Below, one piece after another: positions 20,385 through 33,737 of a stretch of DNA of 64,000 bases. Numbering within the stretch: position 1 is the stretch's first letter; every line of letters begins with the position of its first letter. The notes beneath the pieces are model-generated. The model ran no database searches and was not told the DNA's origin. It saw only the letters and a program-made list of their open reading frames with translations. Source of the stretch: an uncultured Acidobacteriota bacterium (lineage in GTDB: Bacteria > Acidobacteriota > UBA6911); NCBI GenBank assembly GCA_963827655.1, contig CAWHCF010000020.1:280336-344335 (forward strand). The letters are read 5' to 3'. The position numbers were made by a program, and so were the translations under genes.

Positions 20385-21395
20385 TCAACTTTCAAAAAAG
20401 GCCCCGTTACGTTCCTGGCCGAGCGCGGCAAATAAGACATTTTGCGGACCGTCGTCAGATTCGAACATGGCCCCTCTGCGAACGGCCCGCCATTTGATGC
20501 TCGCGCTGGTTTTTTTGTTAAGGTAAACGAATCGGTTCGCGAAGTTGCGGGCTTGCTCCTGGGCCCCACCGCCGAACCACCGCACTTCCATGGACACCGT
20601 GGACGGAAACACCGGCCTCAAGGGCATGCCCGCACCATCAAGAGCTGCCTCCGTCCCACAGCGCGGTGAGAACGTTACCAAAGTCCGGCATCTGGGCATC
20701 ACTCAGACAGAAGATAGCCTCTCCACTGGCGAAGTCCATCGCCACACTCGCCGGCGGGATAGGCATGGTCCAGAAGAGCCCGGTTTCGGACGTTCCTGGG
20801 TTGTGATCATGGAGCTGAAAATCAAATTCGCCGAGGTGACCCACCTCGAAAACGTCCATTCAATAGAGTGCGAAGTTCCGTGGTGTTCGGATCCGTCGGT
20901 GCCGATGTAAAAACCGTTCATGAAACGGGCGTCAACGCCAAAGGGAAGACCGGTAGTTGTCCTTATGACCGCGCCGGTAAAGGGATCCAGCTCGGTCCGC
21001 GTACCCGTTCCCTGGATGTCGAGGACGGCAACGTCTCCTCTGAAATTAAAGATCAGTGATGGCTCCGCCTGCGGTCCCCCGAAAGTAAAGTGGAAGAGTC
21101 TATCAGGAAACCGAGGACCTAGCGCGGCACGAGCATTGAAGCCTCCCGGAATCGGTACCGGGGCGGGGCTGCCAAGTGGATTCACGACAGAGATCGAGGG
21201 ATTCTCCATCGCCTCGGTCTTATTCCGCAATCCAGCACCGGCGACCAGACTCATACCTGCGGCCGCCTGAATGAAATGCCTCCGCGAGACAGCCGGCCCA
21301 GGAGAGCCGGATTGGACGGTGTGACTTGGTCTTCCGCCGGAAGGCGTCGAACCGCGTTTGGACAAGTCGTCCCACAAATGGCGTTGACAGAACAT
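20385..21395 (-). CDS. Tat-signal hypothetical protein, candidate selenoprotein (two compensating frameshifts, in-frame TGA at 20860-20862)
   Basis: SRRHFIQAAAG Tat motif. Adding one T at ACT TC (~20874) and removing one G near 20652 joins ORFs 20703-21395, 20638-20859 and 20385-20702 into 336 aa: ...HHGTFALY-(TGA)-MDVFEVGH...QERNGAFFES. Confidence 0.6.
20832..20848 (-). promoter_or_regulatory. Putative bacterial SECIS element
   Basis: mRNA reads UGA-AUGGACGUUUU-CGAGGUG GGU CACCUCG: a perfect 7-bp stem starting 11 nt after the UGA, with GU in the apical loop. Confidence 0.55.
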
Positions 21396-21665
21396 CGCAA
21401 GATCTCCTTTCTCGCTGAATCGGTGATCAGTTTACCCAGAACCGGAATCGGTCAGTGAAGGTCCGGGTTCACACGGCGTTCCTTGTCGCTAACTGCTTGC
21501 AGCGTAAGGAAAACTCAAGTCCATGTCAAGCGTTTGCCAATCCGTTGCGGGTCTTCGTGGTTGTCCTCGAATCGCCTTGACATGGAGCGATGAAATCTAG
21601 AACATGTTCCACTTCCGGAAGGTTCCAGTCCCAATGTTCCTCTGGCGCGGAAACGCGCGCCCGCT

Positions 21666-23740
21666 TTGAGCGATACCAGCTTGCGAGCATCGATCGTCGT
21701 CGTCATTCTTGCGATTCTGATGAAACCCTCGGTTCACGCGGCCGATGGCGAGGGACGGGTGACGATCTCGCCTGATTTCTCTGTCGCTGGAATGGCGGGT
21801 ACCTGGACCGTCACCTTCACGGCCGGCCCGGGCGGACTTGCAACCGGAGGGAGCATCCGGATCGAGCTGCCAACCGGGTGGTCCGACGCGCGCTTCTCGG
21901 AGCCCCAGTTTACCAAGCCTGCGGCTGCGCACTACACCACGATCCGGACCTCCTCGAAAACGGCAAAACTCTACCGGCATCTTGAGAACTATCTGCCGCT
22001 GGAAGAAAAGCGTCACTGGTTCCGCAGAGTCATCTACGTAGGAGTTCAAGAAGGTGAGATCGCGCCCGGAGAGACGATCACGGTGGTCTACGGCGACACC
22101 GCCGGCGGCAAGAACCCCGGATCCGTAGGACCAAGGTTCGTCAACGATGGCATAGTAGTGGTCGTTTCGGACCAGGATGGCGACGGCCGGGGCAAGAGGG
22201 TCGCTGAAGCCCCGCACCTGGTAACGCGCGCTGCCGATCCGGTCGAGATGCAGTTGATTGCGCCCAGTCAGGCGGTCGTGGGCCGGCCGGTGGAAGTTCA
22301 GATCAATATCACCGACCGATTCGGTAACCTGGTGACCGATTACGCAGGGGAAGTCCGGCTGTCCGCTGCGCAGGGCCAGGTTCGACCCGACCGCGCGCGT
22401 TTCGCCAAGGGCTCGCTTCGGGTCGAAGTTATTCCGGAGAGGACCGGGTTTCTCCGGATTGAAGCGCGCGGAGAGGAGAAATTCGGAACGCCGCTCAGCA
22501 ATCCTATTAATGTCGGGACCAGCCAGGAGAAAACCAGCCTCTATTGGGGAGACATACATTCGCACAGCGGCATCAGCGAGGACGGCAGCGGCGGAGACCC
22601 GTTTCCATACGCGCGCGATGTGTCGCGCCTCGACTTCTACAGCTTGACCGATCACCTGAACGTGCGCGGCGAGGCCCTCAACAATATGGGCAAGGTCGGC
22701 AATGACTATGGCGAGGGAGTGCTGCCCAACGAATGGAAGTGGACGCGCGAGCAGGTCGATCGCTACTATAGGCCCGGCCGTTTCGTTACACTTCTCGCCT
22801 TCGAGTACACGTTGATCTGGCCCTGGGGGCACCACAATGTGTATTATCGCGATAACAAGCAGGATTACTTCATCGGAGACAAGGTGCCCACGACCGAAGC
22901 GCTCTGGGCGGCGCTGGACGAGAAGGGGGCGTTCACGATTCCGCATCACACCGGGATCGACTGGAATGATGGCGGGGTCACGAGCGCAGCCGTGGAATGG
23001 CGCACACGCAACGATCGGATGCGCCCGTCGATCGAAGTCTATTCCGTTCACGGCCAGAGCGAAATGTACGACTCCACCAGCAAGATTTCTTATGAGATTT
23101 CAGGCAGGATTCCGATTGATGGTCCTCACTACGCGCGCGACGGATGGCTCCGAGGTCACCGGATGGGGGTGATTGCTTCGAGCGACAACCATACGTCGCA
23201 GCCCGGGCAGAGGCAATACGGTCTCGCGGCAGTGCGGGCGCCTGGGCTGACGCGGGAGGCGATTTTCGACGCCCTGCGTAGCCGGCGAAGCTATGGCACC
23301 ACGGGCGAACGTATCTGGATGGAGTTCAAGGTGGAAGACCATGACATGGGAGAAGAATTCCAGAGCCGCGCTTCACAGCCCAAGATAACGTTTCGAGTGG
23401 CGGGCACCGACACGGTTGATTTTGTCGAGGTGGTCAAGTTGGATCTGGTGGAAAAGAAGTACGAGCGGTTGGGCGTCCTGAATCCCGGCAGCCAGGATTG
23501 TGACGGCACGTTCTGGGATAAGAGCTTCAAGAACGACAGCATGTATTACCTCCGGCTGCGCCAGCAGAAGCCGGTGCGCGACCGCGAGGTATGGGCCTGG
23601 TCGAGTCCGGTTTGGGTCAGGAAAGCCGATCGGCAAGTGGCAGATGGCTGGAATCCAACAGGATGGTTTGCGTTCCTCGCGTCTTGTCTCGCCGCGCTCA
23701 CTGCGAAGACACTGCGACGCGAAGGGAAGAGGAGGGTGTC

Positions 23741-23744
<4 letters not shown>
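21666..23744 (+). CDS. DUF3604/CehA-McbA-type PHP metallohydrolase
   Basis: LYWGDIHSHSGISEDG, LDFYSLTDH, GHHNVYY, IPHH, EVYSVHG, IASSDNH, YGTTGERI and AWSSPVWV. Confidence 0.85.
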
Positions 23745-26003
<2,259 letters not shown>

Positions 26004-26026
<23 letters not shown>

Positions 26027-26273
26027 GCTTCCATTCTGAGTCGGTGTCTTGACGTTTCTTTGCTAACGCTGAGTCTTCCTCGCCAGCGTCTCTCACTACG
26101 CGCCGTAGAGTCGCTCGCGCTGCATCGGCCTGGCCTGCAATGCGATATCTGCGCAGTGGTGGCTTTTGGTGGCTCGAACCGTCTCCTGAAAACCGGCGGT
26201 AGAGCCAAAAGGTCAGGATGAATGAGAGAAGCATAATCAAGGCGGGGACCACGACACCCCAGAAGAATTTCAT
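26004..26273 (-). CDS. Small single-TM membrane protein (true stop uncertain)
   Basis: MKFFWGVVVPALIMLLSFILTFWLYRRFS. The tail is not protein-like and may be a frameshift extension. Confidence 0.45.
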
Positions 26274-26302
26274 GCCGGCGCCCGGGCTGTTTTAGATGGC
26301 TT

Positions 26303-26425
26303 TCATTCTTTTCCGGCCGATCCTTTCTTCCGGCGGCGGTAGCCGAGGAAAGCGCAGAGCATTCCCAGTAACGACGCCGCGTAGGCGATGGTCATCCCGA
26401 CCACGACAGCCCAACCCTGCTCCAC
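26303..26425 (-). CDS. 40-aa single-TM protein (absent from ORF track)
   Basis: GTG start 1 nt after the upstream stop, GGAGGAG RBS; MEQGWAVVVGMTIAYAASLLGMLCAFLGYRRRKKGSAGKE*. Confidence 0.65.
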   Translation of the reverse strand: MEQGWAVVVGMTIAYAASLLGMLCAFLGYRRRKKGSAGKE

Positions 26426-26426
26426 T

Positions 26427-26717
26427 CTATCTCTCCTCCCAGCTCATGATCCGGTCCAGTTCCTTGAGATACTCCTTCTGCCTTGCTTCGTATTCAAGCG
26501 AAATCGTCCTGAGCTTGGGATCGATAATCCAGTACATGACGCCCGCACACACAAGACCTGCGCCGGTCAGCAATATGCCCCATACAGGCAGCAGAAAGCA
26601 GAGGGCGCTTCCGATCGTAACCAACAAATAGGAGAGAGAGGAGAATACGACCGCCCAATAGTCTTCTTTGGTCCACTCGTCCGCCTCGTGGGCCGTCCAT
26701 TTCCTGCGAAAGACCAT
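26427..26717 (-). CDS. Small 2-TM membrane protein downstream of the SSS transporter
   Basis: GAGGAG RBS; two hydrophobic segments; protein-like throughout. Confidence 0.75.
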   Translation of the reverse strand: MVFRRKWTAHEADEWTKEDYWAVVFSSLSYLLVTIGSALCFLLPVWGILLTGAGLVCAGVMYWIIDPKLRTISLEYEARQKEYLKELDRIMSWEER

Positions 26718-26774
26718 TTATCTCCTCACGGACGTCGTGTTTCCACCGCTAAGACGCGAAGACACGAAGAAACA

Positions 26775-28361
26775 CTAAGGCTCGGCTTTAATCAATCGGA
26801 GCAGGCCGAGTCTTTCGGCTTCTTTCCTCACCGGACCCCAGAAACCGATGGGACGCGATTGCACGTAATATCTCACAAGATGGTTCAATTCGTCTGGCGC
26901 GGTCAGCAGCGTGACCGGGATGTAAATGACGAGGCCGAGCACCAGGAGCAGCCAGAACTGGACGTAGTCGGGGAGTACCGGCAGGATCCCAAAGGCCGGC
27001 AGCACCCACACGACCAGCCAGCTCAGGCCGAGATTGGCAATCCAGGACGCAAGGTAGCCCCAGCTGTTGAAGCGCCACCAGATCACCTGCAGGATATTGG
27101 GAAGCCAGACGCCGGCAGCCATTATCCAGATAGCGAAGATCAACCAGCGGGTGATCTCCTGCATCATGGAGCCGTACACGAAAGAGCCTAGAAGCAGGAC
27201 TAGAGTTGAGAGTCGGCCCACCCACACGAGCCGGCTTTGGCTTGCTTCAGGCCTTACGTAGCGGTGATAGAGATCTCGTGTCACGTAGAGCGCGCCCAGA
27301 TTCAGGGATGAGGCAATCGTCGACAGGTGAATGGCCACAATTGCAGCGAAGAAGAAACCGATCATGCCCGGCGGGAGATAGTCGAAACCGATCCGGTACC
27401 AGGCCATTTCGTATTCAGACGTGTCGGGGATGTTCGGAAAGAGCACGAAGAAGGCAAGCGCGGCGACTGCCCAAAGCGAGTTGGTGACCAGGATCAACAG
27501 CGTGCCTGACCAGATCCCGTAGGCCGCGTCTCGAACCGTGCGCGCCGACTGGATGCGTTGCGCCTCGGTGTACCAGTCGATCGTGGTTCCCATTCCGAAG
27601 CCGCCCAGCAAGGCGATCACCACCATGGTGAGAAACCAGGCCGCCGGGAAATCGCCGGTGAAGAAGCCGGAGAAAGCAAAAGGGTTGATGCGCCAGAGCT
27701 GGTCCATTTCTGTCAAGCGCCGGATAATACCGGCAGGACCGTTCGCCACCACGACGCCCCAGACCGACACGATGACGATGGCGATACCCGCAATCACGCC
27801 CTGCTGGAAATCAGCCATCACCACTCCCCAGTAACCGGACGCGAGCGCGTAGATCGCTGAGACCGAAGAGAAGAGTACCATCCCTACCCATTGATCCCAG
27901 CCGAAGGCATAGTTGCAGACCTTCCCCATGGCCATTCCTACCCAACCCATGATGAACATCTGCATGAAGATCTGCCAGCCGGCCATCCATCCGCGCAGCA
28001 GCTCGGCCCCGAGGCCGCTGAACCGGAGCGTCTGCCACTCAGCCTGGCTGTAGGCCAGAGAGCGGCGAAAGATACGAGTGGAGATGAACGCGCTCGTGGC
28101 GCACCACGCAGCGAAGAAGGCATACCAGATTCCGGTCATGCCGTAGCGATAGATTACGCCGGAGATCCACATCGGAGAGTCGGTGGCCGTGTGGGTGGCA
28201 AATACAGACGACGCCGGCAGCCACCACGGCAGGCCGCGTCCGGCCAGAAAGAAATCAGATTCCGAGCGCTTCCCCAGCCGGTAAAAGAGGACGCCACACA
28301 GAGTCATCAGAACCAGAAATGAAAGAAGCCAGAACCAGTCAAGAAAGGTGAATACGACCAT
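26775..28361 (-). CDS. Sodium:solute symporter family protein
   Basis: DFFLAGRGLPWWL, SGYWGVVMADF, LPPGMIG..AAIVAIHLST and DLYHRYVRPEAS..LVWVGR. Confidence 0.92.
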   Translation of the reverse strand: MVVFTFLDWFWLLSFLVLMTLCGVLFYRLGKRSESDFFLAGRGLPWWLPASSVFATHTATDSPMWISGVIYRYGMTGIWYAFFAAWCATSAFISTRIFRRSLAYSQAEWQTLRFSGLGAELLRGWMAGWQIFMQMFIMGWVGMAMGKVCNYAFGWDQWVGMVLFSSVSAIYALASGYWGVVMADFQQGVIAGIAIVIVSVWGVVVANGPAGIIRRLTEMDQLWRINPFAFSGFFTGDFPAAWFLTMVVIALLGGFGMGTTIDWYTEAQRIQSARTVRDAAYGIWSGTLLILVTNSLWAVAALAFFVLFPNIPDTSEYEMAWYRIGFDYLPPGMIGFFFAAIVAIHLSTIASSLNLGALYVTRDLYHRYVRPEASQSRLVWVGRLSTLVLLLGSFVYGSMMQEITRWLIFAIWIMAAGVWLPNILQVIWWRFNSWGYLASWIANLGLSWLVVWVLPAFGILPVLPDYVQFWLLLVLGLVIYIPVTLLTAPDELNHLVRYYVQSRPIGFWGPVRKEAERLGLLRLIKAEP

Positions 28362-28565
28362 ATGCGCAGGAACGATTTATCACGAAGACGCCCGGACGCA
28401 AAGCGGTTTGACGGAACATGTTCCAGAGCCAGGCGCGATTCTGGCTTGACCCTTCAGTTTTCCATCGGCCAGAATGGGTCCCTTCCGAGAGAGGCGTTTT
28501 CGTGTCTTTGTGTCTTGCGGTATTTGTGACAACCGCGTATCAAGGTCTTGAGGAGTAACGGCACC

Positions 28566-29375
28566 GTGAACTTGCCCTGGGTAGAGACGTCGGCCTTCCG
28601 AGACCGTGTCGTCCTGATTACCGGCGGCGGCAGAGGAATCGGCGAGGGGCTGGCCGAGCGGTTTGCCCAGGCCGGCGCATCGGTCGTGATCAACGATGCC
28701 ATTGCCGCGCGGGCCGGGGAGGTGGCGGCGAGGCTGCAGGGGGCGAATTGCAAGGCCAGCTCCATAACGGCCGATATTACGAGAATCCGAGAGGTTGAGG
28801 CTCTCTTCCAGCAATGCGTCGAGCGCTACGGACGCGTCGATGTCTTTATCAATAGCGCCGGCTTTAGCGAGCGCCGCCCCCTGCTGGAGATTGACGAACC
28901 TTACTGGGATCGAATGCTGAACGTCAACCTCAAGGGCCCCTTTTTCTGTCTTCAGGCGGCGGCAAGGCACATGGCCGGACAGAAGAAAGGGCGGATCATC
29001 TGCCTGACCTCGATCGGCGCCCACGCGGCTCAAATGCACCTTGCTGCCTACTGCGCCGCTAAAGCGGGGATCGTTTTGATGACGAAGGCGGCCGCGGTGG
29101 AGCTGGGATCGCACGGCATTACGGTTAATGCCGTCGGGCCGGGGGCCGTGGAAGGGCCGTGGAACAGGCCCTTCTTTGAGGATCCGGAGTACCGCCGGCG
29201 GTGGCTGGCTACGGCGCCTCTTGGAAGAATGGCGACCAATGACGACATTGCCGCCGCCGTCCTTTTTCTTGCTTCGGATGAAGCCGGCTATATCACGGGA
29301 CAGGTCCTGTATGTCGAGGGAGGCAAGCTTTCTTATATTCCGAGCCCGGACTCCCTGCGCAATTTCTTTGAGTAG
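28566..29375 (+). CDS. SDR family oxidoreductase
   Basis: TGGGRGIG, NSAG, YCAAK, ITVNAVGPG and YITGQVL. Confidence 0.93.
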   Translation: MNLPWVETSAFRDRVVLITGGGRGIGEGLAERFAQAGASVVINDAIAARAGEVAARLQGANCKASSITADITRIREVEALFQQCVERYGRVDVFINSAGFSERRPLLEIDEPYWDRMLNVNLKGPFFCLQAAARHMAGQKKGRIICLTSIGAHAAQMHLAAYCAAKAGIVLMTKAAAVELGSHGITVNAVGPGAVEGPWNRPFFEDPEYRRRWLATAPLGRMATNDDIAAAVLFLASDEAGYITGQVLYVEGGKLSYIPSPDSLRNFFE

Positions 29376-29506
29376 ATCGAGGCTTCTTTGGAGTGCAAGA
29401 ACAGTCTTTTGTTCTGCCAACTCCAGTGACACGGCTTTCTCGAGGCTGTAGTTTGATTACGGCAACGTATTGGGGCAGCGCGGGGAGAGTCGGCTCTGTG
29501 GGCGCC

Positions 29507-29700
29507 AGGGCCGAAGGCCCGGCAGTGAGTAGCCCCGCCCGTCAGGGCGGGTTTTCAACACCTCCAGGAGCGCGGAGGTCCGAAGGACCGGCACTTCGTG
29601 CTGCTGTCGCACCTTCAGGGCGCTCCGTCTTGACAGCACTTCTGAATCCCGGGCTGCGCTTCGCTTGCCCGGGCTAATTTCTGTCGCCCTTTCAGGGCTC
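29507..29700. repeat. Composite palindromic REP/MITE-like element, copy 2 (inverted relative to 3110-3312)
   Basis: AGGGCCGAAGGCCCGGCAGTGAGTAGCCCCGCCCGTCAGGGCGGGTTTTCAA is the near-exact reverse complement of 3260-3312; GAGGTCCGAAGGACCGGCACT and TGTCGCACCTTC also match. Confidence 0.8.
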
Positions 29701-29970
29701 GAACTGCTCCAATGAGCGTTACTGTAGATTGCGAATGCAGTGGTAAGAGCTACGCGTTTCGTGAATGCGGTGTCTATTCCTGATGGCTTGCTGCGCGAGC
29801 ATAGGAGTTGTTCGTCGGCAGTGGGCGAAGCAAGCTTCGCCAAGACCAAAGGCGGTGGCAAGCTACCGCACCCGCGTTACGTGTGATTTGGAAAGCGCTC
29901 GCGTCCCTGATCCGAAGGCTGACAGCTGACTGCTGACAGCTGATAGCTTCATCGTAAGGAGGTTGGATCC

Positions 29971-31036
29971 GTGCCCGACTTGATCGACCTGCGCAGCGAT
30001 GCCTGTACCTTGCCGACTCTCGCGATGCGGCAGGCAATGGCCGATGCTGCCGTGGGTAACGACGATTTTTCGGAGGATCCGACCGTCCGTCGGCTCGAAG
30101 AGACTGTCGCCAGGCTTGCTGGGTAAGGAGGCGGCGATTTTTGTTCAGAGCGGGACGATGGGAAACCTGGTCGGGATCATGTTGCAAGTGGAACCAGGGG
30201 ACCAGGTTCTTGCCTCCTCCAGCTTTCATGTCGTCGATTACGAGCTGGAGGCTATGCTGCGAATCGCCCGGTGTTCGTTCCGGATGATTGCCGAGGAAAC
30301 CCGAGGCGGGGCCACCCGGCTTCTCCTGCCTCCTTCAAAAGCAAACGGAAACGGCCGCGATGCCCGGCTTCTTTCCCTGGAAAACACGGTCAATCGCCTC
30401 GGCGGGACCCTGCTGACGCTCGATCATCTGGAAGAACTCTACAGTTGGGCTGCTCAGCAGCATGTTGCCGTGCACCTGGACGGCGCCAGGCTCTTCAATG
30501 CAGCCTGCGCGCTCGAGGTGTCTCCGGCAGCGCTGGCACGGTTTGCCGACACGGTCATGGTCGTCTTCACCAAAGCGCTCGCCGCTCCGGCCGGCGCAGC
30601 CCTGGCCGGCGCGCGTGACGCCATCGATAGAGCGCGCCGCTTCCGGTGGATGCTTGGAGGAAACTGGAAGCAAGGGGGAATGATCGCGGCGGCTTGCCTG
30701 ACCGGCGTGGAAACCATGGTCTCGCGTATACCCGAAGATCATCGCAGGGCGCGCCGCCTGGCCGAAGGACTGAATTCGATTCCCGGAATTGCGGTCGACC
30801 TGTCGCGTGTGGTAACCAACATTATCCTGATGCGAATCGAGGATAGCCGGATCGATCCGGCGCGCTTGAAGTCGGGTCTCGAGGAGAAGGGCGCGTGCAT
30901 CGGCGCTTTCAGGCCAGGTAACATCTCGCGCCTGGTCACGCACAAGGATATCGACGACGCCGCGATAGACCGTTTCCTCTCACTTGTGGAGCAGGGGGTC
31001 AAGAGCGATCTTGCGCGTTCGGCGCGCCGACGCTAG
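29971..31036 (+). CDS. ltaE: Low-specificity L-threonine aldolase family (frameshift ~30115)
   Basis: AAGGAGG RBS then [31 protein letters not shown]; [22 protein letters not shown] and TKALAAPAG (PLP Lys). Confidence 0.85.
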
Positions 31037-31058
31037 AAATTCCGAAGCGTAGGACGAT

Positions 31059-32315
31059 ATGGTCAGAAAACAAAGTTCAGGTTCAAACACCCGCACCGTT
31101 GCTATCCTTGGCGCTCTGGACACCAAGGGCGCCGAGTTTGAGTTTCTCAAAAATGAGATCGAACAGCGGGGCCATCGGACGCTGGTCATCGACGCCGGCG
31201 TTCTGGCTCCACCGCCGTTTTCACCCGACGTCTCGCGTGAAGACGTTGCCCGCGCGGCCGGAGTCGAGATCTCATCGCTGATCGAAGCTCGGGACCGGGG
31301 CGCCGCCGTAGCCGCGATGGGCCGCGGCGCCGAGGCCGTCGTCTCGCAACTCTACTCGGGAGGCCGCTTCGACGCGATTATCGGAATGGGAGGCAGCGCG
31401 GGGACTGCGATCGGAACTCAGGCAATGCGCGCGCTCCCGCTGGGGGTGCCGAAGCTGATGGTATCGACCCTGGCCGGGGGCGACGTGACCGGCTTTGTCG
31501 GGGTCAAAGATATTGTGATGGTCCCGACCGTGGTAGACATCAGCGGCCTGAATCGAATCAGCCGGCGCGTGCTGGCTCAGGCGGCTGGCGCGATCTGCGG
31601 CATGGCGGAAAGCCGTGTCCGGACGACCGCTGAGAAGGCCCTTGTGAGCGCAACGATGTTCGGCAATACGACCGATTGTGTCGAGCGGGCTCGGGCGCGG
31701 CTCGAGCAGGCGGGATACGAAGTTCTGGTATTTCACGCAACCGGAACCGGCGGGCGCGTGATGGAAAGTCTGGTTGAAGCCGGCGACATCGCGGGCGTGC
31801 TCGACGTAACGACCACCGAGTGGGCCGACGAATTGGTCGGAGGGGTGCTCGCGGCGGGGCCCAGCCGCCTCGAAGCTGCGGCCCGTTCGGGCACGCCGGC
31901 CGTGATTGCGCCCGGCTGCCTCGATATGGTGAATTTTTGGGCCCCGGAGACTGTTCCGCAGAAATTCGCCAGCCGCCGTTTCTATCCGCATAATCCGAAC
32001 GTGACGCTGATGCGCACGACACCGGAGGAGAACGCCGAACTGGGCCGTCTTCTTTCCGGGAAGCTCAATTTCTCGAAGGGTCCGGTCGCGGTCTACCTGC
32101 CGCTGCGTGGAATCTCGGTGATTTCCGCGCCGGGCGGTCCATTCTATTGGCCGGAGGCAGATGCGGCACTCTTCGACGCCCTGAGACGCAATCTTCGCCC
32201 GGATATTCCCGTTTATGAGATTGACGCCAACATCAATGATCCGGTTTTTGCCGACGCCGTCGCACAAGGACTGATTGAAATGCTCGAGAGCAAGAAGATG
32301 AGAGAAACAGTATGA
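31059..32315 (+). CDS. Tm-1-like ATP-binding domain protein (UPF0261)
   Basis: [43 protein letters not shown] and [10 protein letters not shown]. Confidence 0.92.
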   Translation: MVRKQSSGSNTRTVAILGALDTKGAEFEFLKNEIEQRGHRTLVIDAGVLAPPPFSPDVSREDVARAAGVEISSLIEARDRGAAVAAMGRGAEAVVSQLYSGGRFDAIIGMGGSAGTAIGTQAMRALPLGVPKLMVSTLAGGDVTGFVGVKDIVMVPTVVDISGLNRISRRVLAQAAGAICGMAESRVRTTAEKALVSATMFGNTTDCVERARARLEQAGYEVLVFHATGTGGRVMESLVEAGDIAGVLDVTTTEWADELVGGVLAAGPSRLEAAARSGTPAVIAPGCLDMVNFWAPETVPQKFASRRFYPHNPNVTLMRTTPEENAELGRLLSGKLNFSKGPVAVYLPLRGISVISAPGGPFYWPEADAALFDALRRNLRPDIPVYEIDANINDPVFADAVAQGLIEMLESKKMRETV

Positions 32316-33163
32316 CGAGACGAGAGAAGTATGCGGTTCAATCGAGAGAACAGATCCTGGATCGCCTGCGTGATCAGGCTTCCAAGGGTATACCGATCAC
32401 GGGCGCTGGCGCGGGTACCGGGATTTCGGGGAAATGCGCCGAGGCGGGCGGAGCCGACCTGATTGTAATCTACAACTCGGGCCGCTTTCGTATGGCGGGT
32501 CACGGATCCTTGTCGGGTCTTCTTCCTTACGGAGATGCCAACGCCATCGTGGTCGAGATGGCGCGCGAGGTCCTGCCTGTAGTTCGCAAGACCCCCGTCC
32601 TGGCCGGCGTTTGTGGAACGGACCCATTTCGCATCATGGATCTGTTCCTGCGGGATTTGAAGGCGATCGGATTCAGCGGGGTTCAGAATTTTCCCACGGT
32701 TGGTCTTATTGACGGCATGTTTCGCCAGAATCTGGAGGAGACCGGCATGAGCTTTTCCAAGGAGGTCGACATGATCGCCGCCGCGCGCGAGCTCGATCTG
32801 CTCACCACGCCCTATGTCTTCACTCCCGGCGAAGCCGTGGAAATGACGCGGGCTGGAGCCGACATTCTCGTTGCACACATGGGTCTCACGACCAAGGGAC
32901 TGATAGGAGCTCAGAGCTCCAAGACCCTTGACGAGTGCGTTGGCGAAATCCAGTCCATTCACGATGCCGCCAAGGCAGAGCGCGACGACATCCTCGTGAT
33001 TTGCCACGGGGGTCCGATCAGCGAGCCGGAAGACGCCCAGTTCATCATGGAAAGGACGCGTGGACTCGCGGGGTTTTTCGGCGCAAGCAGCATGGAACGC
33101 CTTCCGACCGAGCGCGCCATTACCGAGCAGGTCCGTCGTTTCAAGAGTCTTCGGGTTTCCTAG
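32312..33163 (+). CDS. Phosphoenolpyruvate hydrolase-like TIM-barrel protein
   Basis: [32 protein letters not shown] and [12 protein letters not shown]. Confidence 0.92.
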   Translation: MTRREKYAVQSREQILDRLRDQASKGIPITGAGAGTGISGKCAEAGGADLIVIYNSGRFRMAGHGSLSGLLPYGDANAIVVEMAREVLPVVRKTPVLAGVCGTDPFRIMDLFLRDLKAIGFSGVQNFPTVGLIDGMFRQNLEETGMSFSKEVDMIAAARELDLLTTPYVFTPGEAVEMTRAGADILVAHMGLTTKGLIGAQSSKTLDECVGEIQSIHDAAKAERDDILVICHGGPISEPEDAQFIMERTRGLAGFFGASSMERLPTERAITEQVRRFKSLRVS

Positions 33164-33231
33164 CGTCTTCGCGTCCTGGTGGTGAATCGGCGGTCCGCCG
33201 GGACGCGAAGCCAGCAAAAAAGGGAGGATTT

Positions 33232-33534
33232 GTGGCTGAAATCAAGCACATCGTGCTTCTGAAATTCAAGCCTGCGACGACGGAGTCGCAGATTGCGGGC
33301 TTTTTTAAAGAGTTGGACGGATTGACTCACAAGATTCCCGGGCTGAACAACTTCATCGGCGGGCGCTACTCGAGTCCGGAAGGGCTCAACCAGGGCTACA
33401 CCCACGGTTTTATCATGAGCTTCAGAGATGCCGCGGCTCGCGACGGCTACCTCCCGCACCCCGAGCACGAGCGGGTCAAGAGTGGCATCGTTCCTCACGT
33501 CGATCAGATCGTGGCGTTTGATTTCGAGGTGTAG
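33232..33534 (+). CDS. Dabb family stress-responsive alpha/beta barrel protein
   Basis: GGAGG RBS; IKHIVLLKFK, IPGL, YTHGFIMSF, YLPHPEH and FDF. Confidence 0.9.
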   Translation: MAEIKHIVLLKFKPATTESQIAGFFKELDGLTHKIPGLNNFIGGRYSSPEGLNQGYTHGFIMSFRDAAARDGYLPHPEHERVKSGIVPHVDQIVAFDFEV

Positions 33535-33737
33535 TGTCTACTCAATCGGATCTGAGGATTTTCTATTCAGATTCTCAACCCGACGCTCCAACGACGGCAC
33601 GGCTCGCCTGCTCAACGCTTGATCAAAGGCGATTGACTCTGACTCGCCCTCAAATCCCCGCGCGGGATGATTCACGGAGTTCGGACCGAACTAGGGGACG
33701 CGCGGGGATTTCAAGGGGCGAAGCCCCTTGGCTAGGT

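Noticed and set aside
20703-20705. Alternative read-through of this TGA without indel correction
   Set aside because: The flanking translation (SHSIEWTFSRW...VMPRCRTL) is less protein-like than the shifted frame, and I saw no comparable hairpin at SECIS spacing.
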